Source of the DNA: Marsupella aquatica
Taxonomy: Eukaryota > Plantae > Marchantiophyta
Assembly (NCBI GenBank): GCA_973895155.1
Contig: OZ316894.1
Span: 20,342,451 to 20,406,450 of the forward strand
Reading direction: 5' to 3'
DNA: 64,000 nt
Positions 23,701-36,327 of the stretch are shown in pieces. Position 1 is the first letter of the stretch; every line of letters begins with the position of its first letter. The translations under genes were made by a program, and so were the position numbers. The notes under the pieces are model-generated. The model worked only from the letters and a program-made list of their open reading frames with translations. It was not told where the DNA came from and did no database searches.

Positions 23701-26700
23701 CTATGGATGACCAGGTGCTGTTGGTGGAAATTGAGTTGGAAATCCAACTATTTTCAACCCTTATTAAGCTCACTGATATCAAGTTCGTGTTGTGCTGCTT
23801 ACTCAGATCAATACCTGGGGTTATTCCACTATCAATTTCTTTGCTCCAATGAGCCGATATGGGAGTCATGGAGCAGGTCCTGTAAAAGCAGCTTCAGAAT
23901 TAAAGGAGATGGTCAAAGCTCTCCACAACGCAGGCATTGAGGCATGCTTTTCTGTTTCTGCGCTTGCGATTTTGTTTAGTGATGGGTTTCAACTTGGTTA
24001 TTTCTACTAGTAATGTAAGTGTATAGGTCGTCAGCGTTTTGTAGCTTTAGATGATTTCCCATCTTCAGCTGATAAAGGGCCACTAGATACATGGCATGAG
24101 AGAGTAAATATTAAAAAATTTCCCTGCCTGTTTCCTCCTGAACAGGTTATTCTTGATGTTGTGTATAATCATACCAATGAATCAGATGACAAAACTCCTT
24201 ACTTGACTTCTTTTCGTGGGATAGATAATCTGGTAAGAATTCATTTATTCATACAGATCACCCTTAATTGAAAACCTTATGCTAAGTTGTGAATTTTTTT
24301 GGCGTTGGCTAACTTGGTTTTGGAGGCTGATTAGAGACGACTCTGCTCGTAACACTGTCAGCTTCATAGATGGCGTGACTTGTAAAATTCTTGCGCCTAA
24401 TTAAATCATCTCAGGAACAGTTTGAGGTTGTTAGAATTGTATTTAAATTCCCTGTTCTTGCTTGTGCTACATCTTCCCTTGGTGAACGTTAAGATATCTC
24501 TGATTAATGCAAAGGTGTTACCAGATTTACTACATTGTTGATGTCAACAGTGATGAACAGCTTGCGAACTACACCGGGTGTGGTGCGTTCCCTATTCTCC
24601 TCACTTAAAAAACAGAACATTCCTTTCTCCAGGGTTACTTAGGTTCACTAAAACGTACTGAACACTATCGTCTCATGTTTCAGGAAACACTTTTAACTGT
24701 AATCATCCTGTGGTCTCGCAACTTGTGCTGGACAGTCTGCAGCATTGGTACCCTAAATCTCCCAAACACAACTGGCCTTGTGGAATGTTTTTCGAAGGTT
24801 CCTAATTGACTATATAAAGTTGCTCTATGAATCGGATGCTAGTGTTTCGATTGACATCTCACCAAATGTCATGGTCTTGGGGAAGGCGGCGGTGGGACTG
24901 CTGGCCCCTATCTCAAAGTTTGCGAACTCGATTTTCCAGTGCACTGACAATATTTTTTCCTGAAACTCTGCAGGGCTACGGAGTACCACATTGATGGTTT
25001 CCGCTTTGACCTTGCTAGTTCACTTTGTCGAGACACCAATGGGGCTCCTCTTACTTCTCCTCCTGTTATTAAGGTGCGTGTGGTTCAATTGGTGAACCTA
25101 GCTAAACTTATTTATGGATTTCTGTTCTTTGTAATGTTCGTAGAGAACTGAAACTAGTTTCACGTGGATTAGAAATATTCAGGTGTGCAATATCAGGGCA
25201 GGCCCTGCTGACACGCCATTGTATACGCTGCAGTGACGGAAGAAACTTGTCGCTCTGTTAGCACTGGTTAAACCTTCGAAATTTATCTCTATTGTTGCTT
25301 AGGAGCCCATAGTATGACTCTACACTGAATGCTCCTCGTGCAGGCCATTGCCAAGGATCCTGTGCTGTCAAGGTGTAAGATTATTGCTGAGCCGTGGGAT
25401 TGTGGCGGCCTCTATCTCGTTGGTTCATTTCCAAATTGGGACAGGTGCTAGTTGTAACATTTTTCTTCCAAACTTCATGAAAGAGGCAACTTTAAAGATG
25501 TGTTACATTCCTATTCTAATGAGAGCAGGATTTCTGGAGGCAAACTTCACAGCCACGTGCTATCTGTTCGTTGTCACCTTCCCTGCATGCCATCTACACA
25601 CACTACATTGTTTCTGGCTACAAATAAGATAACCATGAAAGTGACGTAATCAGTAACTCTCACTTCTTTTCGCTCCTGACAATTGTGAGGGGAACCTTGC
25701 TGACATCTTGACCGTCATCAAAGTGATACTGATTGATTGCAATTTCCCTTGATCTTGTGATCAGGTGGGCAGAATGGAATGGCCGATATCGTGATGATCT
25801 TCGCAAGTTTATAAAAGTATGGTGCTCCCTCCCTCCTTTAAACTGTGTACTGTCAATTTTACATACTGCTGCTGCTGCTTCAAAAGCTCTTCTACTGGAC
25901 TTGTACAGTCCTGCTCAATTGGTGAGGGTTGAATGCCATCTAGGGTGAACCTGCAGAGACCTAGTTAAGGTTGGGTATGAAGTAGAGGACGTGGATCGTC
26001 TGGCATCTTGTAAGGATCGTCAGGTCGTGAGAAATAGAAGTGTGAAATGAACAAAGGATCCCTCTTTGGTGCGGATTTCACATAAGGGAGTACAATCTAA
26101 ATATGTTTCAATGCAGAGGTTTGATCAGAGTTACACAGCCAAACTGTCACATTGAAAAGATCAAGAGCTAAATCTGGGACGGCTCAATAGATGACTATAG
26201 GAAAAGGTCTCCAGAAGCGACATCTGATGTCAGCCTATCAGGGTCAGAATTTTATTTCCAGCATATATCCTTAGCTGATATGTTGTTGTGCGCCAACTCC
26301 TATATTTGAGTTATTGAGCTTATACATACATCACGGTGATCTTCCCACGTTTGGCATCATTTCACAAGATTGTAACTCGTCTCTTCTTCGGTTCAAAACA
26401 AGCGTAGCTGTGGATGATAGCTTGTGCCATTGGATCACTGGAGATTACTGGTGGCAATTGTTGATCTTGCTGAGATGAAAGCGGTGCCAATCACCTCAGG
26501 GTGACAGCTTTGTTTCTAATTGTGGTTTACGGCAATATTCTGCCAATCTCTAGTTGGGAACACAGGATCTTCGACTTATGTTCGCATGTTGGGTATGCCA
26601 GGGGGATCCAGGCATGAAAAGTCCTTTTGCAACTCGGCTTGCTGGGTCTGCTGACCTTTATAATGTAAGAATTTGAGGGCAGACATAACATTTGAGCTTG

Positions 26701-29700
26701 TTCTGCTGGTTTTATTTATCGGAGTCTCACAAATTGTTATCGTACGCTATTGTGCGGATGTATTCGTTCAAGTGTTTACAATTCAACAACTGAATTTGAT
26801 TGTATTTCAACGGTCAAGGATTCTATATGAGCTCGCCTTACCATCTATTTCATGCCTTGTTCAGATCCACAATCGAAAACCTTATCACGGCATCAACTTT
26901 ATCGTTGCACATGACGGGTTCACTCTGTATGATCTTGTGGCATACAATTCAAAGGTAAATTACACGATTCATGCCTTTTATCTAGTTACATGTTCGTTAG
27001 TTTTGAGCTTCCTGTTGGTATTGTAGCTCGTTATTCATTCTTTTTGAGATTCAGAAGGATTGGCTGATACATCTAGTCCCTAATACTACTTTCACCAATT
27101 AGGGTAGCAGGGGGCTCCATGTCCTATAATCCTTGTTCTACACTCTGGAGCAAAACAATCATGCTATTTTACAAAAAATTGTGAACAACATGTTCGTCTA
27201 TTCAAGATTATGATCAATTGCTTCTTAACTGGTGCAATTATATTGGTTTCTGTTCATTTACAGCATCTAAGAATTCTAGTTGATTCGATTGTCGCAAACC
27301 ATTTTGAACAACTCAGATATTACTGTTATAACGGCTGAACACGTTCTTTGGTGTGGCAAGGCTTCTCATTATAGTTCATCACTTGTGGACGTGGGTAAAC
27401 TGTACTTTCTGAACAGCATAACGAAGCAAATGGTGAACAGGGCAGGGACGGAAGCAATGACAATTTTAGTTGGAATTGTGGTGCGGAAGGTTGGTCTCAC
27501 CACTGGGGCGCAAGCCTCTCTGCCAATCTTGTGAAAAATATTGTCAATAGAATAACGTCCGAGTTGATGGTTTGACTCGATTTCACGTTTACTGTATGAA
27601 ATCCAAATTGAAATGTTCTCCTGGATACTTAAAAAACAAAGATGATATTGGGAATCATTCCCTGAGGCCTTCTTGCAGAGGGGTTTGGCAGAAGCATGGG
27701 GGCTTTCCCATAGCGGTGGCGTTTTGTTAGTTTCTAGAATAGTTTTGGGGATTTTATGTTCTAGACGCAGGGATGTCTCCCGAAATCCCAAACATCTGCT
27801 ATGTCTCATGGTGAAGTCTTGTAAACTGATACCTGGGAGGCGGTAATTGGGTCTGACAACATTTTGCTACATTGTAGGTGAAACCAGTGATTCCGAGGTG
27901 AATGCTTTGCGGCAAAGACAACTGAGGAATTTTCATCTTGCTTTGATGGTGTCACAGGTGGGTTCTCTGTTAAAGAAGCTGAGTAAATTCCTCTTCTTAA
28001 GCATGTATCAAAAGAAGTCGTCAAATGTTCCAATTAGGATTCATTATTCCAGTCAAAGGTAACATTCCACTGATGGAGGAGTGTCAATTAAATACTAAGC
28101 GAATTTGACTTCATTTGTGGGAAAATGAGTAACCTTGCTTGGGATTTAAGGAAGAGATTGACTGGTTAGATGGCGTGTGGTTGCATCAGGGAACCCCCAT
28201 GATGCTCATGGGTGATGAGTATGGACACACCCGCTTCGGAAACAATAACAGCTATGGCCATGATACAGCCATCAACAATTTTCAGTGGAGCAAGGTTTGC
28301 GTACTGTGACAAGAGTAGTAACCATAGATACTCATTGTAAAATTTGTTACAGCTTCCGGCTTAGGCTTGTCAGGTCTGTCTCTACCATTACTTATGCAAG
28401 GCTTTGTGGCATAATCAGTTCCGTCTGTAGTCCTGTTTTCTTCAAGTATTTACAATCTCACTGACTTACCTATAGGTGTCTTGTTATAATAACCCAAGGA
28501 TTCTAGTGTCTGCACAGAAAAGGGTCGTCTACTTGAACAGATGGAGTTCTCGCGGTTCCCTGAAAGTTCAATGCTGATGTCTTGCAGTTAGAAGACAACA
28601 GAGAGTCATTATTTCGATTCTTCTCGGACGCGATTAAGTTCCGTCGGCAACATTCCCTACTCGGCCGTGATAGTTTCATGACTAATGTAGGCAGCTTGTT
28701 TCATTCAAATGCAAAAATGTTGGGCTCTTCTGATATTGAAGAAGTTATGCTGGCTCCCAGTTCCAAGGATAGAAACTGCTACTATTGGAGAATTATTTGT
28801 ATATGAGACCAGTGACGGCTCTCGAAGCCCTTCCCGAACTGTTTCAATGGCAATAGAACAACTTAGTGATGCTTGTTGACTTTTTGGTGATTCTAACTTT
28901 CTGATTTGAGTCTGTCATGTGGGCAGGAAGATATCACTTGGCACGAAGATAACTGGGAAAATACAGATAGCCGGTTTTTGGCTTTTACGTAAGTGATTTC
29001 ATGATTTAAGTTCTGGAATATTGTTCAGTGTAGAGATTAAAATGGTTCATCTTTACTGTGTGTGGTTTGACTACGGTAGTCACGTACTACAAGAAAAATG
29101 GCGTCGTCGAGCATACTTAGGCAGAAGTATTAAAATTTTGCGTCGTCGAGCATACTAAGCGTAGGCTTTGCTGACAGTGGTTAATATTTTCTTACGATTA
29201 AACCTTTTGTGTAACGATTATGTGTGGCCTGATTAAAAACGTTTAACTGGTTGACTGCAGGCTTCAAGAGACAACTACAGGTGGAGATGTTAATGGAGAG
29301 CTCTATGCTGCTTTCAATGCTCACACATACTTTGTGAACACCATTTTGCCTCAGCCTCCCAGCGGAAAAACCTGGTTTAGGGTGGTAAGCTCTTTACTCA
29401 CAATTCATTTGAACAAGTCACTTTGTGCTGTACGCGACATTTGAATCTTGTCGCTCCAAGCCAGCGTAGCCAGTCCCTATGCAGAGTCAGTGTCCTGTCT
29501 TTCACATGCCTAAGAATAGACGTGAAATAATGGCCCCCAGGATCATGTGAAATAAAATATTCCTCTGCTGAATTTTAGCAGGGTCATGTGCTTTTTGTGG
29601 TCAGAAATGCTCAGGACTTTTCTTGTATGAAAGTTAAGAGATTCTATAATAATGCTGATCAATTTCGTGATGCAGGTCGATACAAACCTTCCATCACCTG

Positions 29701-29795
29701 CCGATTTTGTGGCTGAGGGAGTCCCAGGGATCGGTGCCACCTATAATATAGCACCTTTTTCTAGTATTCTGTTACACGCAAAGCATTCAAGCTGA
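20706..29795 (+). CDS. ISA3: Isoamylase 3, chloroplastic (GH13 starch debranching enzyme), 23 coding exons
   Basis: Manually spliced exons: 20706-20908, 21735-21780, 21976-22118, 22359-22452, 22647-22883, 23026-23130, 23369-23473, 23807-23941, 24146-24232, 24525-24582, 24684-24747, 24974-25073, 25344-25444, 25765-25816, 26602-26664, 26865-26954, 27417-27489, 27878-27957, 28190-28294, 28588-28686, 28927-28988, 29261-29384, 29676-29795. Motifs include [101 protein letters not shown] and [15 protein letters not shown]. Exon 1 is transit-peptide-like. The first two exons are less certain. Confidence 0.95.
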
Positions 29796-30699
29796 AGTCC
29801 TCAAGGAAGGTAGAATGTCTTGCGATGCAGTTTGTTGGTGACATCTCTCCTTTTGCTGGTATCTTGGGTTATGAAAGGAGATGAGACAAGCAGAAAGATT
29901 CTTAGCCAAGATTGTGTGTTATAAGTGGCTAAAACGTTCTGTAGCGCTGGTCTGAAGCAAATGGGCCTGCATTGTGAAGGTCTATGCAGTCTTAGACATA
30001 CATTTCCAGAGTCAAAGGAGGCAATTTTGTAAAGAATCTTGTGGGGAATCTAGAATGCCCGGAAGGGTTTCAGTGAGGAACTTTGTCATTGTCGTGATAA
30101 ATGAAAAACACTGGGAAATAATTTCTTCAGATTTCAATGAAAAGATACATTGGAATCTGCACTGCGAAAGTACAAATTGGACCTATTGAAGCGCTAGTAA
30201 TGAGTCGGCAGAGGAAGGTTGGGGCTGCTTACGAGAATTGTACTGCTGTCTTCAGCTTTGAATGGTTGAATGTTGTCAAATCTTATATAACTAGCTAACG
30301 AATTTCTAATATACCTTTGAACATAGGTCCCCATATTTTTGTACGTCGTTCAGCTGAGCCTTGAGCTTGAACATATTCTTGCCTTTGTTTAAACTTTTGA
30401 AACTCTAGGACGCAGCTATATCGCTTGTGTTTATTCGATAAATGTTTTATGTATGAGTTAATCTCTCCTTAGTGAATCCACCAATTAGTGTGGACATCTC
30501 TGCAAGTGATATCAAACAGGTGAATATATATAGAGGGAGAGAAAGATTTGCATATGTACATTTGGAGATTCCTCACGCCCTGATGTGATGCAGGTCTGAT
30601 TGTCCTTCAGTAAATTGATTAATGACTCTCAGTACAGTATACTGATGTCATCCGCATACACATTAGATAATGCTTGGAATCTTACTAATAAATATCGAC

Positions 30700-30822
30700 A
30701 AGAAGCTAGAGTTGATGTCTAGGCTTCGAGAGTGAAACATGAGAAGAAGCTAGAGTTGATGTCTAGGCTTCCAGAGTGAAACATGAGAAGCTAGAGTTGG
30801 GGGTCTAGGCTTCTAGAGTGAA
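30700..30822 (+). repeat. Short tandem repeat, ~44-bp unit x3
   Basis: AGAAGCTAGAGTTGATGTCTAGGCTTC.AGAGTGAAACATGAG occurs twice, with a third degenerate copy running into the inverted repeat at 30812. Confidence 0.8.
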
Positions 30823-33800
30823 GTCTCTAGACTTTGACTCTACGACCCCACCAAAATTTATGTGGATGAAAAAATTCATGGGATGTTATGTCTGTGAAAA
30901 TGATGATCATGCCTGATAAATTTTTGTCATCCTTTCTAATTGACATTCAAAGAATGGGCATTTGGGCTTGTGTATTCCAAACAGAACTTTTGTGGGAGTG
31001 ATCTTTGTGAACAGTTCACAGAGTACTTTCATCCCTTGAATTGGAGTGACCTTTGTGAACAGTTCAGAGTACTTCAATCCCTTCGTCCTTGCAATATATG
31101 TTTGTAACGTAAAATTTCACTTTTTATATGAAAGAAATACGAAGAAGAAATATTGGTGAAAGTGTACCATTGTAGTTGTTAAGTTCATGCCAAAAATAAT
31201 TGAATTAAAATCATGTGGTGCCCTGGGAGAAAATATCATGTTCCAACAAAGGTGGCGGGAAAAGTATGTGGGCAGTTTTGGGAAATGGGTTGGGAATTGA
31301 ACTCTAGATATGGGAGATCCCAAACCAGTGATAGTATTGAAACTGTCCTTAATATGTGTTGTGGCTAGGTTTAAGCAAAATGCAGACTGAGAATGGTTTT
31401 TGGTTGTGTAAAATTGAATGATCATCAACCAAAGTTTGGAAGCAAGTAAAAACAAGTTTTTACAATAACGAATAGCTAGCTAAGATAGCTCTAAGATACA
31501 ATTGGGGATAGCCTACAAGTAAAATGGATATGTGTGAGTAAAGGACGATGCTGGGAAAATACACCAAAAGACCAAAAGTACTATGAAAATTATAGGGGAA
31601 AAAAGAGGACAGACCACGAGAATAAAACTAGCAGCAGCATTCTCATGGAATACCTGATGTGGCGCTGCAGCCATGTGGGGAGGGACCTGTCAGCTCCAAC
31701 TGCCAATTCCACTTTTCTAAAGCGTGCAAGTTTTCACAATACCAGGTAATCAAATTGAAACAAAAGTTATGGATGGTAAATGGACTAAAGATTGCATACA
31801 ACCATGGGTAGGCCAACTTCAATCAAGTGGCCTCAATCATGAGGCCACTTGTATATGCATTGAATTGGAGTATATGCAAAGTATTCAAAAATTTCAAGAA
31901 CCTCGTGAGGAAATATGGGGAGTGCATAATGGCTGAAGTGGAGAAGTTGGATGAGGTTTAACAAATCATACAAACCAAAGATGCCCCTAAATTCAATTAG
32001 AGTAATGGCACATCCTGCAAAATAGGCATTGAAATCAAATGTCCCAGAGGTTTACAACAGAAAAGAAAAGGCAAAGTAATGTCCCATTCAGTGAAAAGAA
32101 GGGGAACACTATATAAGGAGAGAGGGTTAAAAATCCCTTACTAGTTTGGTTTGTTGCATGTTTTTATTTGTTTTTTTTTGGGGGGGAAGGGGAGGAAAAC
32201 CCTGCCCAAGAAAAGAGTGAATCCCTTACTAGTTTGGTTTGTTTCATGTTTTATTTTGTTTTTGGGGGAGAAAGGGAGGAAAACCCTGCCCAAGAAAAGA
32301 GTCACTGGCCAAAGAAATTAGTGTGTTGCACTTCACTGAGTAGGTCATGAACGGTGGACTTTGATTATGATTGACACTAATGTCAAGGTTAACTGAGGAC
32401 TTTGTTACACAGTAACAAGTAACAATTGGCCAGGGGATTAGCCTAGAACCAAGAGGTCCCAGGTTCAATGCCCCCCCTTTGCACGCAAGGGGTATGGAAG
32501 GTATTTGTGTGTATGTGTGGGTGGGTGTAGTGGTGGGAGTCCTGGTTTCTCCTCAACCCCTGGCTGGTCCGCTTTGGGGCCCTGGTTCAACCCTTTCTCC
32601 CTCCTGGTCTGGGTTCCTGTCGGATCCCTAGGTACGGTCCCCTTGTGGCTACCCTACATAAAATTGCATGCTCCTGAGCAGGCCGTCTATCCTCTGTTGG
32701 ATGGGCCTGCTTTTGGCTTTCAAGGCAAAGAAAATAGTTTACACACTTTTAGTGCATGCTTGGGATGGGCATAGTGATGTGGGGCACAGTTTGCTTGTTC
32801 TCCATAGTGGATTAGGAGGGCCAGTGGAAAGAAGAGTGTTGGGCAAACATTGACACTAAATTTATTTTTATACTAAGGCACATACACACAACTTTGGAGT
32901 GGTGGACTCTAGGATGGACTATTCATACAACTAAAATTCAAAGACTTGTATGGGTGATGAACATAACCACCTGTGAACATCAAAAACTCTAATATAGACT
33001 GCACTCAAAGATTCACCCTAACATTGTGGTTGATGAACTTGGAGCATTGATCTCACTTTCAGTTCATATCATTGTGAAGCTGGTTTCTCGCCTTCAAGAG
33101 GGTGATGAGGTTCCAGGCGCAAGTTTTGCCTGAGCAGTAACAAAGGTAGGTACGTACACCACAGTGTCAGGAGGATAGGCACTCCATGTGAAGCAACATC
33201 TTCAGTAAGCTGTCCTTTTGGGCGTTTGCTATGGCTAGAGTCAAGTAGAGTAGAGTACAGTACAGTACAGAGGTCTGGCATGAGAATCCCATGAATTGGA
33301 AGGAGAGATTGGAACCTAGATTGGAATGTTCAATGAGGATATCTACCATGAATGAAAGCTCTGCTCCACTGCGCTGGAGTGTTCTTTGTGGCTAGTTTTT
33401 TGGAGTTGGACTGCCAGATCTTTTGCTGGCGGGTCCCTTGACCTCTTTGTTGCACTGTTTTCTTGGACTCATGGCTTTTCAGGTCCAGGTTGTTGCTTTT
33501 AGGGACTGGAGACAAATTCTTCTTCATGACATGCCTATGAGGCTTACTACTGAGCTTTACTAGGCTGGCTTTTCAGTTTACTGGTCAGCAGGGCTTTAGT
33601 GTCTCTCCCTCCTATGGGGTTTCCTTAATCTTACCCGACCTTTTAGTTTACTGCTCATTAGAACTTTCATTCAGTTGCAGTGGTGGAGTCCTCCAGGACT
33701 TTTGGCTCTTTGGTTTCTTGGGTTTTTCCCTAGTTTTCTCCCCATTATTGGGTCTCCAACCTCTAGGATAGTGTATTTCAGGTTCAACCCTTTTGATGTT

Positions 33801-36249
33801 TTGGCAGTGTGATACATATATACTCTTGGCCCTTCTGAATGTGAGTGATTCAAATAGGGTTGGCCCAAACTTTACCCTATTTTTGATTTGAGAGTGTTCC
33901 CCTAGCTCTTTTATTCAGAACAAATTTTCACCAAGAGACCACTAAGAAAGTAAAAAATGATGCTCCCATAGACATAGCACATTAAGTATGCAACCCCCAT
34001 GCACCATGAAACCTTTTACACCTTCACTCGTGGATACCCTTCTTGTTTCCAAAAGGTTTTCCCTGCAAAGTTTGACCTTCAAAATCTCCCTTGCTATCCA
34101 ACAGAATTTGATTCTTCTTGGGCTCATTACAAGCAACTTGAAAATTTAATTTTCAAAGATGCCTGTCTCCCTTTCTTGCCATATTTCACTCATTAGTGTG
34201 ATTGGGGGTGTGTGTGTACTATGTATGAGCAGAAAAAAGGCTTTGTTGCAGTCCATTGGAGTTGCAAAAGTCTATCTGAGAACTTTGGCCAACATGGAGG
34301 TCCATCTAGGCTTCAATTTCAATCAAGTCAGGAAATTGAATGAGATCCATGCAGTGCTTTTCTATTGACCAAATTATCACTGTTTCATATTGGACCTTGG
34401 GCTAACCATGGTCTGGGTTGCAGGATGCCCCCTCACCATCAGGATTGCTATGATTCTGTCCCATCGGCTCCTTTACACTCCACCGGTAATATGGTGCCAC
34501 TTGTCTCACACAATTAGCGCTGATTTTGCACCAGACAATTTAAGAGCCCCTATAGACTTGCCCGCCTTGTGTGACTCTAGAAGCTGCCAGGGAATCCTCA
34601 ATGGTAGCACAGCAAATGAAGGCCGCATTGAAACACTCACTTCACCCAAAAGTTGGATAGGAGTACATGTAGCTACACTCCACTCTATTCACTATCACCC
34701 CACCCAAAAGTGGGATACACTTGTCCCTAATTACATTCAAGAGAACCTAGGCATCCACTCCTCTCTGTTCTTACTCACCCAACCCAAAAGTGGGATACAT
34801 TTGCCATTAATTCATTCAAGAGAATTTAAGCAGCCACTCCTCTCTCTTTACACTCGCCCCAACCAAGATGGGGTACACATTTGCCCCAAATTACATTCAA
34901 GAGAATTGACCTGGCAGTCTGGCACCTAACTTTATTGCTTGTCTCATAAAGTAGAAAGGGGTGCACCCTCAACTTGAATACATCCTACAAAAGACAGTTC
35001 CTTCCAACCAGTCACCCACAATATGCAACTGTTACCTCATACATGAAAAAGGTAGCACTAAACACTAGTACACATGGTCAACAATAGTGACATTTCCAGT
35101 GGCACACTGGTTAAATTGGTTTCTTCCAAAACAAAGCACACACTATGCCAAATTCTTGTTTCACTTGAGTAGTGTGATGTTGTATCCACATGGTTTGGGC
35201 ACTACCTGCTCTGCACTCTGACCTTGGCTTCTCTTGGTGCTTGTCCCTTCTGGGTGTCAACTCCATTTTGTGGCCTGCCCTTTGCCCCTGTTCCATGTGC
35301 AACTGGGACCACCTCAAACCTGCCATTGTTTTTCCATGATTCTAGGACAAGTGACCTAACAGATTAAGGTATTTGAAGTTTTCTCCCTCCAAAGTGATAG
35401 GTTCAGAAATTTAATTCATCCACATACCAAGAATGCTGTTTCTGGGGGCGAGGGCATGGGGCGACTGACATGAAATATGGCCAAAACTGTCCTTTCCAAT
35501 GGTTGTTGAGTTCACAAGAAACAACAAAGCAAGCTCACTGCCGCTGCTAGTGGGTTCTTGGGTCTAGCTCAAAATGCTCCCATTTCCTTGCTGAATTATC
35601 ATTATTAAGGTTCAATATTTACCATTCAAAAGGGGAAAAAACCAAAGTAACCAATAGAAATTGCCAGATACTTACCGTGACTAGATAACAGTGATTCAAG
35701 ACACAACTCTTGCTGATTTAAACCCACAAGGCATGCTAGTCTGGCAGAGTACATTGAGTGAAGGCCAGAAGCTCAAAGATAAAAATCTCAACAACTGGTT
35801 ATGGTGATCCCGCCAAAAACTTGCCGGACAATTATAGGGCTCAATGTACATACAACTGTTGTTTCTTACATTAAGCTCCCTTGATAAAAGTGGAGCTAAT
35901 CTGCTGAGAGCCACAACAAAGCATTTTAGGAATGACTGTCCATGGCTGCTGGTAAATGTACAAGTATAAATTGTGTTCTTTTCACCTCCCAAATTGAATG
36001 CAATGACACAGTTGGTGTAACATAGTCCATCCAGCCGGCCATGTGCCAATAAAATCAAGGTGATACTAGCTAGAATACAATCCAGTCCTCCATGTGCCAA
36101 CAAAATCAAGGTGATACTACCTAGTGTACACTAGCTCATCCATATGTTATTTGATCATAAATTCAAAGAACGCTGCCCATTCACTTCACAACCCCACCCC
36201 CAACTCTGGCCGCATCCCCCAGAGCAGGGTCTAGAGACTTCACTCTAGA
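30812..36249. mobile_element. Candidate ~5.4-kb non-autonomous TIR element between ISA3 and CFAP70
   Basis: Perfect 21-bp inverted repeat TCTAGAGTGAAGTCTCTAGAC (30812-30832) and GTCTAGAGACTTCACTCTAGA (36229-36249). The interior has no long ORF and holds several local duplications (about 30995-31082, 32131-32301, 34640-34910, 36025-36120). Confidence 0.45.
32423..32492 (+). mobile_element. tRNA-derived SINE head (copy 1)
   Basis: Degenerate A-box TTGGCCAGGG, then AGCCTAGAACCAAGAGGTCCCAGGTTCAA (variable loop plus B-box), shared with 57492-57573. There is no acceptor stem. Confidence 0.55.
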
Positions 36250-36327
36250 CAATAACCCCTGAATTGTATCTTTGCATCATACTTTATTGGTTAGATGCAT
36301 CTGTCCTTGTAAAGAGGGGAACCCTCA

